Shown here one piece after another: positions 36,114-45,427 of a stretch of DNA of 52,428 nucleotides. The notes under the pieces were generated by a model, which did no database searches, was not told the origin of the DNA, and was given only the letters and a program-made list of their open reading frames with translations. A program made the position numbers and the translations under genes. This stretch comes from an uncultured bacterium. GTDB taxonomy: Bacteria; Hydrothermota; UBA3072. The DNA is taken from the NCBI GenBank assembly GCA_964485935.1, contig CAZALG010000001.1:1-52428 (forward strand), in the 5' to 3' direction. Every line of letters starts with the position of its first letter. Positions within the stretch are counted from its first letter, which is position 1.

Positions 36114-36792
36114 ATAAATACAAATCCTTTTTTATTATTAACTTATAAAATACCCACAAAGCAAGAAGACCGGAAAAGAAAGCCGCCAGGGCTCCGAGAA
36201 TTAGGTTTGATAATTCTATATTAGTTCCCAAAATATCCGGTACATTAATTAAAAAAGCTCCAAAAAGAGCAGGTATTGCTAGAATAAACGAGAATTCGAA
36301 TGCTTTCTTGCGAGTTACTCCGAGCAGTAGCGCTGTAGCGACTGTAAACCCAGAACGTGAAATCCCGGGAGTTACTGCTAAAGCTTGCGCTATGCCTATA
36401 ATAAATGCCGTTTTTAAATCCAGCTCTTCTTTGTTTTCTTTTGGGTCCCTGCTTAAAAAAAGCATTACGCCTGTCAGAGAAAGTGTTACAGTTACGAGCA
36501 AGTAATTGTTAAATAATAGTTCTATTTCGTCTTTAAAGAGGAAACCTATAAGTGCTATTGGTATTGTCCCGACAATTATTAAATTTATTTTTCCCTTTGT
36601 TGCATAACCCAATATTTTTTTTCGGAAAAATATAATTATCGCTAAGAGAGTTGCAAAATGCAGTGTGACTTCCATTACAACGCCTTGACTTTGAAAATTA
36701 AGCCAGTGTTTTAAAATAACTAAATGTCCCGAACTGGATACGGGAAGAAATTCGGTTAAGCCCTGAACAATTCCTAAGATTAATTGTTTCAT
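36040..36792 (-). CDS. uppP: Undecaprenyl-diphosphate phosphatase (BacA/UppP)
   Basis: GIVQGLTEFLPVSSSGHL and ALAVTPGISRSG motifs in a multi-TM protein of 250 aa. Confidence 0.85.
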   Translation of the reverse strand: MKQLILGIVQGLTEFLPVSSSGHLVILKHWLNFQSQGVVMEVTLHFATLLAIIIFFRKKILGYATKGKINLIIVGTIPIALIGFLFKDEIELLFNNYLLVTVTLSLTGVMLFLSRDPKENKEELDLKTAFIIGIAQALAVTPGISRSGFTVATALLLGVTRKKAFEFSFILAIPALFGAFLINVPDILGTNIELSNLILGALAAFFSGLLALWVFYKLIIKKDLYLFSYYLWFASAVSLFLLLFCQILPE

Positions 36793-37592
36793 TAATACCT
36801 GCTGAGAATAAGTGATATAAAACCCGGCATAATTAAAATTTTCAGTATCCTTTGAGAGTTGCTGAACCAGGTAGGGTTAGTTTTTGCTCTTTTAATCATA
36901 ATTAAAGCAGGTAATACAATCCCGGGAATGGCGCAAGCTGCGAAAAATTTACCAAATACGAATGAGTTAAAAAATATCCACAAAATCAGAATCCACAGTG
37001 TAAAGACAACCAATTGACGGGTACGTCGTATACCGAATACTACCGGGAAAGTACGAAGGCCTGCCTCTCTGTCTCCTATAAAATCTTCTCCGTCTTTTAA
37101 TATTTCTCTTGGCAGGCTTAGTAGAAATATTAATGACGCAGGTAATATTGCATTTTCCATATTGAGAAAAACGCCTGAAGCCATAGCTCCGACTATAACA
37201 GTAAAGGAAAGCAATAAAGATACTATAATATTTCCGATTAAAGGGCACCTTTTTAGAAAAGGAGTATATATAATCAGTAGAAAGGTGGCTGCTAATCCAA
37301 GTTTTAATAAATTTAAGTCAACAAAGGTTAGTATACTATTACCCAGTATAAAAAGGGAAATAGAAATTAGTAAAGCCTGTTTTCTCGTCAACCTGCCTGA
37401 AGGTATCAACCTGTCCGGTCTGTTTATTTCGTCGGTTTTGACGTCGAAATAATCATTCATTAGGTTTCCGGCCATGGTTATCATTACAACTGACAAAGCG
37501 GCGAGATAAACATGAACTCCTATATAAGCTAGAGTGAGAAACCCTCCAAGAATTACAACCCCTCCTGCGAGTAACGCGTTAAGAACCCTCAT
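36792..37592 (-). CDS. UbiA-family polyprenyltransferase (archaeal DGGGP-synthase-like / polyprenyl-phosphate-utilising subgroup)
   Basis: NLMNDYFDVKTDEINRPDRLIPSGRL (NDxxDxxxD plus the RP.PSG loop), a second Asp-rich region KDGEDFIGD, and 8-9 TM helices. The ATG at 37592 (SD GAGGG) is preferred over TTG 37610. Its stop overlaps the uppP start. Confidence 0.65.
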   Translation of the reverse strand: MRVLNALLAGGVVILGGFLTLAYIGVHVYLAALSVVMITMAGNLMNDYFDVKTDEINRPDRLIPSGRLTRKQALLISISLFILGNSILTFVDLNLLKLGLAATFLLIIYTPFLKRCPLIGNIIVSLLLSFTVIVGAMASGVFLNMENAILPASLIFLLSLPREILKDGEDFIGDREAGLRTFPVVFGIRRTRQLVVFTLWILILWIFFNSFVFGKFFAACAIPGIVLPALIMIKRAKTNPTWFSNSQRILKILIMPGFISLILSRY

Positions 37593-37669
37593 TTTAAAAC
37601 CCTCGACCAAATTTTAGGTTATTTGCATAAAAACATCTCATTCAATTTTACCTATAGTTTTCAAGGAAT

Positions 37670-37831
37670 TTAAATATCAAAAATCAAAAAATAAAATGAC
37701 ATATTAAAATGCAAAATTATTCCGCCCCCTAGCCTCAAGAGCTAAAAACATATTCGTGCTATTTGTTGTTTTTTTTCCCATCTTTTAATTTTGCTTTGTA
37801 TTTTTCCATTTTGATATTTGATCTTTACATT
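37670..37831 (+). repeat. ~162-bp AT-rich intergenic repeat element, copy 2
   Basis: TTAAATATCAAAAATCAAAAAATAAAATGACATATTAAAATGCAAA (37670..37715) ... TTTTCCATTTTGATATTTGATCTTTACATT (37802..37831). The interior contains the complement of module M1 (37744..37770). The right end abuts the metG stop codon. Confidence 0.8.
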
Positions 37832-37832
37832 A

Positions 37833-39827
37833 CTATGAGACTTTTGACCCTGCGGGAACATCTTCATCCGGGGTGATAATTGAAATTTTGTCGCCGTCAC
37901 TCGCAGCAAGAAGCATACCTTCCGATTTGATTCCTCTTATTGTTGCGGGTTCCAGATTTGTTATAACCACTATTTTTTTATTCAGTAACTGTTCGGGGGT
38001 ATATTGCTTTTTTACTCCAGCTACGAGTGTACGTCTCTCTCCTGTGTTAACGGTGAGTTTGTAGAGTTTGTCTGCGCCCTCTACATCTTCAACTTTTTCT
38101 ATTACCCCCACTTTCAAACCCATCTGGGTAAAATCATCTATTGTGACATGAGCCATATTCAACCTCCTCAATTGTTTTTCTATATAATCGTCTTCAATTC
38201 TCTTGAAAAGCGGTTCGATTTTTCCTATTTTGTGACCAAAAGGCACTTCTAATTCTTTTAGTTGGTCCCATTCTTTTTCTTTAAGTTTCAACAATGAGAA
38301 AACTTTGTTTGCGCTGAAAGGTACGAAAAGTTTTCCAATTGTACCCAAGACATGGGTTAAGTGAGAACAGAGATAAATAGTAGTAGCCATCCTCTCCAAA
38401 TCTTTTTTTCTGCTTTCCCAGGGTTTCATTTGATCGTAATACCTGTTCCCCGTTGTGCTGATTTTCATCCACAATCTTATAGCTTGTCTGAAATTAAATG
38501 TTGAAAGAGAATCGTCTATTTTGTCTATAATGGAGTTGACTTCTGATAGCATTTCCTTATCTTCTTCTGACAAATTCTGTGGTTTGGGAATCATACTTTC
38601 ATTATATTTGTCAATAAATTTTAGCGTCCTATTTACGAAATTCCCGAAATTGTTTATAAGTTCCTGGTTATTTCGTTCTTGGAATTCTTTCCACTTAAAT
38701 TCCGAATCCCTTGTTTCAGGCATTATACTGCATAAATAGTATCTAAGAAAATCAGGTTCAAAATTTTCCAGGTATTCATGCAGCCAGATAGCCCAATTTC
38801 TGCTCGTGGAAATTTGCCTTCCTTCGAGATTCAAATATTCATTTGCCGGTATTTCATCCGGCAGAGTGAATTCTTCTGTACCCATGATGATGGCAGGCCA
38901 TATTATACCGTGAAATACGATATTGTCCTTTCCTATAAAGTGTATCAAAGTTGTATCCGGATCCTGCCAATAGTCTTTCCATCTGTCTGGTTGCCCTATT
39001 TTTTCTGCCCATTCAATTGTCGAGGAAATGTATCCGAGAGGTGCATCAAACCAGACATAAAGGACTTTATTTTCCGGAGCATCATCGAGAGGGACAGGTA
39101 TTCCCCACCCCAGATCTCTCGTGATTGGTCGGGGGCGTAACCCTTCTTTCAGCCAGCCCTTAAGATAACTTTTTACCGTTTTTCTCCATTTCTTCTTTTC
39201 TATCCACTTTTCTAATTTGCCTTGAAATTTATCGAGCAGAAGGTACCAGTGTTTGGTTTCCTTCTTTATCGGTTTGGCTCCGCATAATTTACACCTGGGA
39301 TTTTTTAACTGATCTGCTTCTATCCAACTTCCACATGAATCACAGGAATCCCCTCTTGCTTCTTCGAAATCACAGTATGGACAAGTTCCTTCCACGTATC
39401 GATCGGGAAGGAATTTTTTGCAATTTTCACAGTAGAATTCCTTACTTGTTTTTGCTTCTATGTAACCTTTTTCGTATAATTCGAGGAAAACTCGTTGTGA
39501 TAAATCATGATGTATTTTTCTTGAAGTTCCCGAAAAATTATCAAATTCAACCCCTAATTTTTCTAGAGCCTCATTTATAATTTTATGGTAACGTTCTACC
39601 AGATCCTTGGGTGAAATTCCTTCTTTTTCAGCAGAGATAGTTATTGGAACACCGTTTTCGTCGGTACCACAAATGTAAATTACATCTTTATTTTTTTTTC
39701 TTAAGAAACGGGTATATATATCGGCTGGAAGATATACACCGGCAAGGTGCCCGATATGTATTGGACCATTTGCGTAAGGCAGGGCACCTGTTACTATTAT
39801 TTTCCTTTTTTCTTTACTCTGATCCAA
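37833..39827 (-). CDS. metG: Methionine--tRNA ligase with C-terminal tRNA-binding (Trbp111/EMAP-like) domain
   Basis: PYANGPIHIGHLAG (HIGH), Zn knuckles CPYCD...CDSCG and CKLCG, and a KMSKS-equivalent ISTSRN. C-terminal GLKVGVIEKVEDVEGADKLYKLTV...NLEPATIRGIKSEGMLLAA. TTG start. Confidence 0.9.
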   Translation of the reverse strand: MDQSKEKRKIIVTGALPYANGPIHIGHLAGVYLPADIYTRFLRKKNKDVIYICGTDENGVPITISAEKEGISPKDLVERYHKIINEALEKLGVEFDNFSGTSRKIHHDLSQRVFLELYEKGYIEAKTSKEFYCENCKKFLPDRYVEGTCPYCDFEEARGDSCDSCGSWIEADQLKNPRCKLCGAKPIKKETKHWYLLLDKFQGKLEKWIEKKKWRKTVKSYLKGWLKEGLRPRPITRDLGWGIPVPLDDAPENKVLYVWFDAPLGYISSTIEWAEKIGQPDRWKDYWQDPDTTLIHFIGKDNIVFHGIIWPAIIMGTEEFTLPDEIPANEYLNLEGRQISTSRNWAIWLHEYLENFEPDFLRYYLCSIMPETRDSEFKWKEFQERNNQELINNFGNFVNRTLKFIDKYNESMIPKPQNLSEEDKEMLSEVNSIIDKIDDSLSTFNFRQAIRLWMKISTTGNRYYDQMKPWESRKKDLERMATTIYLCSHLTHVLGTIGKLFVPFSANKVFSLLKLKEKEWDQLKELEVPFGHKIGKIEPLFKRIEDDYIEKQLRRLNMAHVTIDDFTQMGLKVGVIEKVEDVEGADKLYKLTVNTGERRTLVAGVKKQYTPEQLLNKKIVVITNLEPATIRGIKSEGMLLAASDGDKISIITPDEDVPAGSKVS

Positions 39828-40600
39828 GTATCACCCTTTCTTTTGATTTCTTCAACGTAAATTTCTTCCTGAGTTTCGTCTGGATTCGAAACGGTTATAA
39901 TACCTGTTAACATATTTCTATGAAGAACCTGGCTGCTTCCTTTCTCGGTTTTGATTACATCATCTCTTTCGGGAAATTTAAGACTAATCTTATCGTAAAA
40001 ATCATGTTCAAACTGCAAGCAGCAGAGCAGCCTTCCACATAGTCCGGAAATTTTTGAGGGACTAATATATATATCCTGACTTCTTGCAGTTTCGAGCTTT
40101 ACTCTTGGTTTTTCTGATAAGAAAGTATTGCAGCAAAGCGGATTTCCGCACAATCCTAATCCTCCCATAAAACCAGCATAATCCCTGACCCCTATATGCC
40201 GTAGTTCTATTATACAATTAAACTGCTTCTTTAAATCCTTTACAAGAGCTCTGAAGTCTATTCTTTTATCGGCAAGGAAGTAAAATTTATACCTTTTGCC
40301 ATTCCATTCTTTATCTACTCCGACTACTTTCATGGCAAGCTTATGCTGTTTTATTCTTTTTTTACAGAAAACAAGGGCTTCCCCTTCATCCTTTTTTATT
40401 TCCTTTAATTTTTCTTTTTCGTCACCATAAATTAGATGTAATACTTTACCTTCCGGTTGTATTTTAGAATGTATTTGATTTCCCGCTTTGCCCGCAAATC
40501 GTTCCTTTTTAATTTCACAGAGTATATCCTCTCCGTTTTTGAGTGTAAACTCGGATTCCATTGGATATTTTACGCCGTGGAATTTCACAAAGTATAACAT
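39797..40600 (-). CDS. ricT: PSP1-domain protein (RicT/YaaT-like)
   Basis: Cys-rich PSP1 signature GLCGNPLCCNTFL and LCGRLLCCLQFE. It sits between holB and metG, as in many bacteria. Confidence 0.7.
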   Translation of the reverse strand: MLYFVKFHGVKYPMESEFTLKNGEDILCEIKKERFAGKAGNQIHSKIQPEGKVLHLIYGDEKEKLKEIKKDEGEALVFCKKRIKQHKLAMKVVGVDKEWNGKRYKFYFLADKRIDFRALVKDLKKQFNCIIELRHIGVRDYAGFMGGLGLCGNPLCCNTFLSEKPRVKLETARSQDIYISPSKISGLCGRLLCCLQFEHDFYDKISLKFPERDDVIKTEKGSSQVLHRNMLTGIITVSNPDETQEEIYVEEIKRKGDTWIRVKKKGK

Positions 40601-41487
40601 TAGATCTTTAAAAGAAGATAAAAGATTATTTTTTCCACACCAATATTTGAGTAATTATACCTGTAGGCGTTTTTCAAGGATTCAAAAGCGTTCCACGCTT
40701 TACTAAAGGTAATTTCTTTATTTTTATATTTGTCTTCTATCTTTTTCTGTAAATACTGTAATATAAATTCTACTTTCCAATCTTTTTTCAGTTCTTCGGA
40801 CCAGTTTTTTAGGCGTAATTTTGCTGGAAGGAAAAAAAACATTTCTTCTATTCTTTCCTCCAATTTCTTTTGGGAATTCAGAAATTGAGTTTCTTCTATC
40901 CCTCTTCCAAAACGGCTAATAGTTTCGTCCTTCAATATTTCCTTCTGGAGCGAAATTGAGAGAGGGCTAAATCTTACATTCTGGCTTCTAGATGTTATTG
41001 TTTTAGGTAAAAAGTGTTTTTCCGTTGTTATCAGGATAAAGATTACGTTCGAAGGCGGTTCTTCAAGAATTTTTAAAAAAGCATTAAAACCTTCTTGTGT
41101 TATTCTATCAGCATGGGCTATTATTACAATTTTCCATTTGTTTTCCATAGGAGTAACATATGTGTAATCCTGTAATTTTCTTACAGTATCGATGGAGATA
41201 CTACCTTTTTTACCTCTGAGTTTAAAATATTCTTTATTTCTTCTCATATTCAGTATTTCATTGCTTTCGTATTCTTCAAATTCCGGAAAGATAATTGCGA
41301 GGTCCGGATGAGTTCCTTTAAACGTTTTATTTTTATCTTTGAGTATTTCGGACGAGAAATGTAATGCCATGGATAACTTTCCCACCCCAGGTGGTCCGTA
41401 AAACAAAAACGTGGAAGGAAGTTTCCCTGTTTTTAGTATCGAGAATAAGATTTTCTTCGGAATTTTTTGCCCTTTTATTTCTTCCAT
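40600..41487 (-). CDS. holB: DNA polymerase III delta-prime subunit
   Basis: LPSTFLFYGPPGVGK (degenerate Walker A), AFLKILEEPP and TITSRSQNVRFSPL (SRC-like) motifs. Confidence 0.75.
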   Translation of the reverse strand: MEEIKGQKIPKKILFSILKTGKLPSTFLFYGPPGVGKLSMALHFSSEILKDKNKTFKGTHPDLAIIFPEFEEYESNEILNMRRNKEYFKLRGKKGSISIDTVRKLQDYTYVTPMENKWKIVIIAHADRITQEGFNAFLKILEEPPSNVIFILITTEKHFLPKTITSRSQNVRFSPLSISLQKEILKDETISRFGRGIEETQFLNSQKKLEERIEEMFFFLPAKLRLKNWSEELKKDWKVEFILQYLQKKIEDKYKNKEITFSKAWNAFESLKNAYRYNYSNIGVEKIIFYLLLKI

Positions 41488-41491
41488 ATGT

Positions 41492-42595
41492 TTACAATTT
41501 TAAATAATTAAAAGGATTAACCGCTTTACCGTTTTTTCTTATTTCAAAGTGAAGAGTTGGTTTTTTTACTGATCCAGTTTGCCCTACTTTACCGATAACA
41601 TCTCCCGCTTCAACCTCTGTTCCATTGTCTACTGTAGCGGAAGCAAGATGGCTATACAGAGTTATCAACCCATCTCCGTGTTGTATTAAAATCAATTTCC
41701 CATAACCGAGAAAATTATCACTATATACTACTTTACCTGGTGCTACTGCCTCTACATTAGTACCCAAGGGTACCTCAATATCTATTCCCCTATTGATTGT
41801 TTCTGTACCATACTTTTCTTCTCTTTTTTTACCAAAATATCCTGTTACCATTCCATCTACCGGCAATTTTACTATTTTTTCGGCAAAGTATTTGCTACCC
41901 GGAGCCTTTTCTTGTCTTGAAAGACTTCTTATTAACTTTTCCAAATCTTCCATCGCTTTTTCCATTTCTTTGGACATTGCTACGGCTTTTTTGCTTTCAC
42001 CCTCAATTTCATCTAAATACTCATTTTTTTCTTTCTTTGTTTTTGCTAAAGCGATCTCTTGATCCTTTACCTCATATAATATTTCATCCAGAATTTCAGC
42101 TTTCCTTTCAATTCTTTCACTTTGCAACTTAAGGCGTTCTTCTAACCGCTCTATTTCATCAAGTACCCTTTTATCTTGATCCGCAATTATTGTAAGAAAT
42201 TTTACCCTCTTTAGTGCGTCAGAAAAAGAATAAGATAGGAGTATGACTTCTATAGGGTGCAGCGGCCCGTGTATATATATCTCTTTAATTCTTTTACCTA
42301 ATATCTCTCTCTTTTCTTGAAGTCTGTAATGAATTTCATTCATAAGAAGTTCAATGTTCTTTTTTTCTTCATTTGTAATTTCTTTTTTTCTTTTGAGCAC
42401 ATTAATGAGTTCTGTGTTTAAGCTTATTTCTTTATCCAGTTCCTGGATATTTCTTAAAATGTCGGTTTTTTCAAATTTTAACTCCGCTATTTTTTCTTGC
42501 TGTTCCTTTAATTGAGCCCTAAGAATTCGGAGTCTTTCTTCCGGAGATTTCACCTCGGCAGAAATGAGGGTTATTAATAGTAAAAAGCAGATCAC
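41492..42595 (-). CDS. Coiled-coil M23 peptidase-domain protein (EnvC-like murein hydrolase activator)
   Basis: Long Glu/Lys-rich coiled coil followed by GIDIEVPLGTNVEAVAPGKVVYSD...LIQHGDGLITLYSHL...GQTGS...PTLHFEIRKNGKAVNP. The N-terminus is uncertain: GTG at 42595, with a possible CTG or ATA start a few codons upstream. Confidence 0.75.
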   Translation of the reverse strand: MICFLLLITLISAEVKSPEERLRILRAQLKEQQEKIAELKFEKTDILRNIQELDKEISLNTELINVLKRKKEITNEEKKNIELLMNEIHYRLQEKREILGKRIKEIYIHGPLHPIEVILLSYSFSDALKRVKFLTIIADQDKRVLDEIERLEERLKLQSERIERKAEILDEILYEVKDQEIALAKTKKEKNEYLDEIEGESKKAVAMSKEMEKAMEDLEKLIRSLSRQEKAPGSKYFAEKIVKLPVDGMVTGYFGKKREEKYGTETINRGIDIEVPLGTNVEAVAPGKVVYSDNFLGYGKLILIQHGDGLITLYSHLASATVDNGTEVEAGDVIGKVGQTGSVKKPTLHFEIRKNGKAVNPFNYLKL

Positions 42596-42726
42596 CAGTT
42601 TACCCCAGTAGTTTGTTATTGGTTTTTAGTGAATCTTCCGGAATTTTGCTCTTTTCTGTAAAAAACAATGATATTCTTTTTTTGAAGACCAAAAAGATGC
42701 CGAGAAGAGTAATTATAAAACTTTTT

Positions 42727-43575
42727 CTATTCATAATAACCTAACCTTTTTACTTCTTGCTTTTCTTTTCTCCAATTCTTCTTGACTGCTACCCAGGTGT
42801 TCATGTACACCGGCCTTCCCAGAAATTCTTCGATGCTCTTACGTGCTTCGCTTACCACTTTTTTTAATTTTTTCCCACCTTTTCCTATTATAATACCTTT
42901 TTGAGATTCTTTTTCAACGAAAATTTTTATATCTATCTTGCTGTCTTCCATATTTTCTACTTTAACTGCTACACAATATGGTATTTCCTGCGAATACTCG
43001 GAAAGGACTCTTTCTCTTACGAATTCTTCGATGAAGAAACGCTCAGGTCGGTCAGATAAGTAATCTTCAGGATATAGCGGTTCCCCTTCGGGCAAATATT
43101 CAAGAAGTGAAGGTATTATTTTATCCACGTTGTCACCTCTTAAGGCGGATATAGTAAAAACCTGGGCAAAAGATTGTGAATCTATATTTTCCATTATTTT
43201 ATTTAGATCTTTTTCGGAAATTAAATCTATCTTATTTATAATCATAAAAGTCGGTTTATCCATTTTAGCAGGTAGATCCGTTATTATCGAGCTTTCTATA
43301 TGGTCAATCATCAACATTATGGCATCAGAATCATTTATGGCTGCTTTAATCTGCTGCTGCATCGCATTTTCCATTTCATTTCCCGGCTTAAATTGTCCAG
43401 GAGTATCCATAAAAATAATTTGATTGCCTCCTTCGGTCCATATCCCCAAGATTTTGTTTCTTGTCGTTTGAGGCTTTTCGTTGATGATAGAAATTTTGCT
43501 GCCTATAAGGCGGTTAAGTAAAGTAGATTTACCTACATTTGGTTTCCCAATTATTGAAACATATCCTGCTTTCAT
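42727..43575 (-). CDS. era: GTPase Era
   Basis: G1 GKPNVGKST, G3 DTPG, G4 NKID and a C-terminal KH domain (IIIGKGGKKLKKV). Confidence 0.9.
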   Translation of the reverse strand: MKAGYVSIIGKPNVGKSTLLNRLIGSKISIINEKPQTTRNKILGIWTEGGNQIIFMDTPGQFKPGNEMENAMQQQIKAAINDSDAIMLMIDHIESSIITDLPAKMDKPTFMIINKIDLISEKDLNKIMENIDSQSFAQVFTISALRGDNVDKIIPSLLEYLPEGEPLYPEDYLSDRPERFFIEEFVRERVLSEYSQEIPYCVAVKVENMEDSKIDIKIFVEKESQKGIIIGKGGKKLKKVVSEARKSIEEFLGRPVYMNTWVAVKKNWRKEKQEVKRLGYYE

Positions 43576-43582
43576 ATACGCA

Positions 43583-43610
43583 AATATATCCCCATCACTT
43601 ATAAAGTCAA
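43583..43610 (-). promoter_or_regulatory. Sigma70-like promoter (CCC)TTGACT-16-TATATT placed 7 nt before the era ATG (leaderless geometry)
   Basis: Complement of 43605..43610 is TTGACT. Complement of 43583..43588 is TATATT. Only TGCGTAT separates it from ATG 43575, and there is no SD. Confidence 0.5.
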
Positions 43611-43671
43611 GGGAAAGCGAAAACTCGGTTTAATGAGGGTATGAGCCCCATCCCAACTCCAAAAAAAGATT

Positions 43672-43787
43672 AAACAACAAATCACACAAATAGCACAAAT
43701 ATGTTTTTAGTTTTTAAGGTGAGAGGTGGTATGATTTTACATTTTACTCTGTCATTTTGCTTTTTAAATTTTGATATTTAATTTAAA
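43672..43787 (-). repeat. Partial (~115 bp), inverted copy 3 of the ~162-bp element, including module M1
   Basis: 43672..43787 aligns along its length with the reverse complement of 37670..37770. The shared blocks are AACAACAAAT..AGCACaAATATGTTTTTAG, ATTTTaCATTTTA, TGTCATTTT and TTTTGATATTTAA. Confidence 0.7.
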
Positions 43788-43861
43788 TTCTGGCACTATT
43801 TTTAGGATTTTTTCTTTCACTAAACCCCAAATTTCAGATATCAGAATATAAGATATTTGTA

Positions 43862-45427
43862 TTATTTTGCCTTTATAACTGTTATATTCTTGGATGTCCA
43901 GGCTACAATTTCTCTTCCTTTATGTAAAATTGCAAATATTTTTACATTTATCTGATCTACTCCTTCAGGAAGTCTATTTGCCTGAAATTCACGATTTAGA
44001 ATAATTTTGCCGGCGGCAGGTGGAACAACTTTCCATGTTACCCTGTAGTCGTCAGGTTCCTTATTTAATATTAAAGGTATTTTAAAACCCTCTATTACTT
44101 GTTGCGCTGGAAAAGCTAAGTCGATATATCCCGGAGTTAATGCACTCCCTGAGTCTCCTGCATGTTGAATATTATCCTCTGAAAAACGGTCTTCACCTAT
44201 AATGATAAATGCTCTTGCCGGTTTAACATTTATATCTACGCCTGGCTCAGCTATCAAAACTCCTGCCCCGAGTCTTCTGGGTATAAAAATCCCTTTATTA
44301 TCAATAGTGCCGATATCCTCCGGGATCACCCTCCATCTTAAAGCTATTTTCTGTTCGCCCATTACCCTAAATTGAAATTCCTTATTGAGATCTAAGGTGA
44401 TAAAGTGTTTGAAAGAAGGCGTTATTTCTAAAGGTTGTATTTTTTCTGAAGTTATGTAAACGTCTGCGGAAACAACTCCTTTCCCAAATCTTTGCGGTAA
44501 AATAGCAATTACCCTTCCTTTCGATGGAATCTCTCCGGCGATAAAAGTTCCGTCATTTCTGACTCGTCCACACCTCTCAGGTATAACTTTCCAGCTAACG
44601 GGAATATTTACGTTGCCGAAACCTTCTGCATTTACTTTAAAATGTACTCTTTCGCCCGTTTTAAGAGTTACGGACTCCGGAATTATGCGCAAACCCACTT
44701 CTCCGCTTACCACCACAATAGCGCGTCCTTCACTTCCGTTTTTCTCGGCTACAATAACTGCTTTACCCGGAATTTTGGCTGTAAATAAGCCGTTTAAGTT
44801 TATCTCTCCTATATTTTCTCCCTCAACTCTCCAGTTGACTTTTTCGTCTCCTTTTACCTGGAATTGTACTTTATCTCCCGTTTTAACTCTTTTGAACCGA
44901 GGAGTAATTTGAATATCACTTATAACACCGCTTACTCTGACAAACGCTGTTTTTATTTCCCCGTTTGCAAGTACGGCAATCACCCTTCCTCTACCGCTAT
45001 TCAGAGCTGTAAAAATACCATTTCGGATACTTCCAATCCCTGCAGGTATACATTTCCATTCTTTAGTTATTCCTCCGGCAATTGTAAATTTAACTTGTTC
45101 TCCTGTTTTAAGAATTGCAACCGGAGGAAGTATTTTCGCACTTTCACTGCTGCCTATCTTAATATATGCAAAACCAGTTGCATGTTTACCGTCCCTCATA
45201 ATTCTGCATCTAAGAACACCCTTCCCCTCTTTACTCGGTATAAAAAAGTTCCCTTGAATGTGCCCAAGAGAATTAGGAACAACGCTAAATGACAAATCCC
45301 CTTCGAGCATTCTACCCTCTCTATCTAATACCCTTACGACAAAGGGAATTTTTTCTCCTACTTTACCCTCAATAGGATTTGGAGATATATGTAGCTCTAA
45401 AGATAATAACAAAAAAACTAACATCAT
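43862..45427 (-). CDS. Secreted protein with about 5-6 bacterial Ig-like (Big_2-type) repeats
   Basis: Repeated ~80-aa modules, for example TGDKVQFQVKGDEKVNWRVEGENIGEINLNGLFTAKIPGKAVIVAE. N-terminal signal. The start overlaps the anti-sigma stop (ATGA). Confidence 0.6.
   Translation of the reverse strand: MMLVFLLLSLELHISPNPIEGKVGEKIPFVVRVLDREGRMLEGDLSFSVVPNSLGHIQGNFFIPSKEGKGVLRCRIMRDGKHATGFAYIKIGSSESAKILPPVAILKTGEQVKFTIAGGITKEWKCIPAGIGSIRNGIFTALNSGRGRVIAVLANGEIKTAFVRVSGVISDIQITPRFKRVKTGDKVQFQVKGDEKVNWRVEGENIGEINLNGLFTAKIPGKAVIVAEKNGSEGRAIVVVSGEVGLRIIPESVTLKTGERVHFKVNAEGFGNVNIPVSWKVIPERCGRVRNDGTFIAGEIPSKGRVIAILPQRFGKGVVSADVYITSEKIQPLEITPSFKHFITLDLNKEFQFRVMGEQKIALRWRVIPEDIGTIDNKGIFIPRRLGAGVLIAEPGVDINVKPARAFIIIGEDRFSEDNIQHAGDSGSALTPGYIDLAFPAQQVIEGFKIPLILNKEPDDYRVTWKVVPPAAGKIILNREFQANRLPEGVDQINVKIFAILHKGREIVAWTSKNITVIKAK

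Noticed and set aside
42596-42628. A second ATA-initiated gene (envC-like, ATA at 42617..42619 giving ITNYWGKLVICF...)
   Set aside because: It would improve the signal-peptide n-region, but no SD precedes the ATA. A GTG with a G-rich SD-like stretch is available at 42595, so the evidence is too weak.
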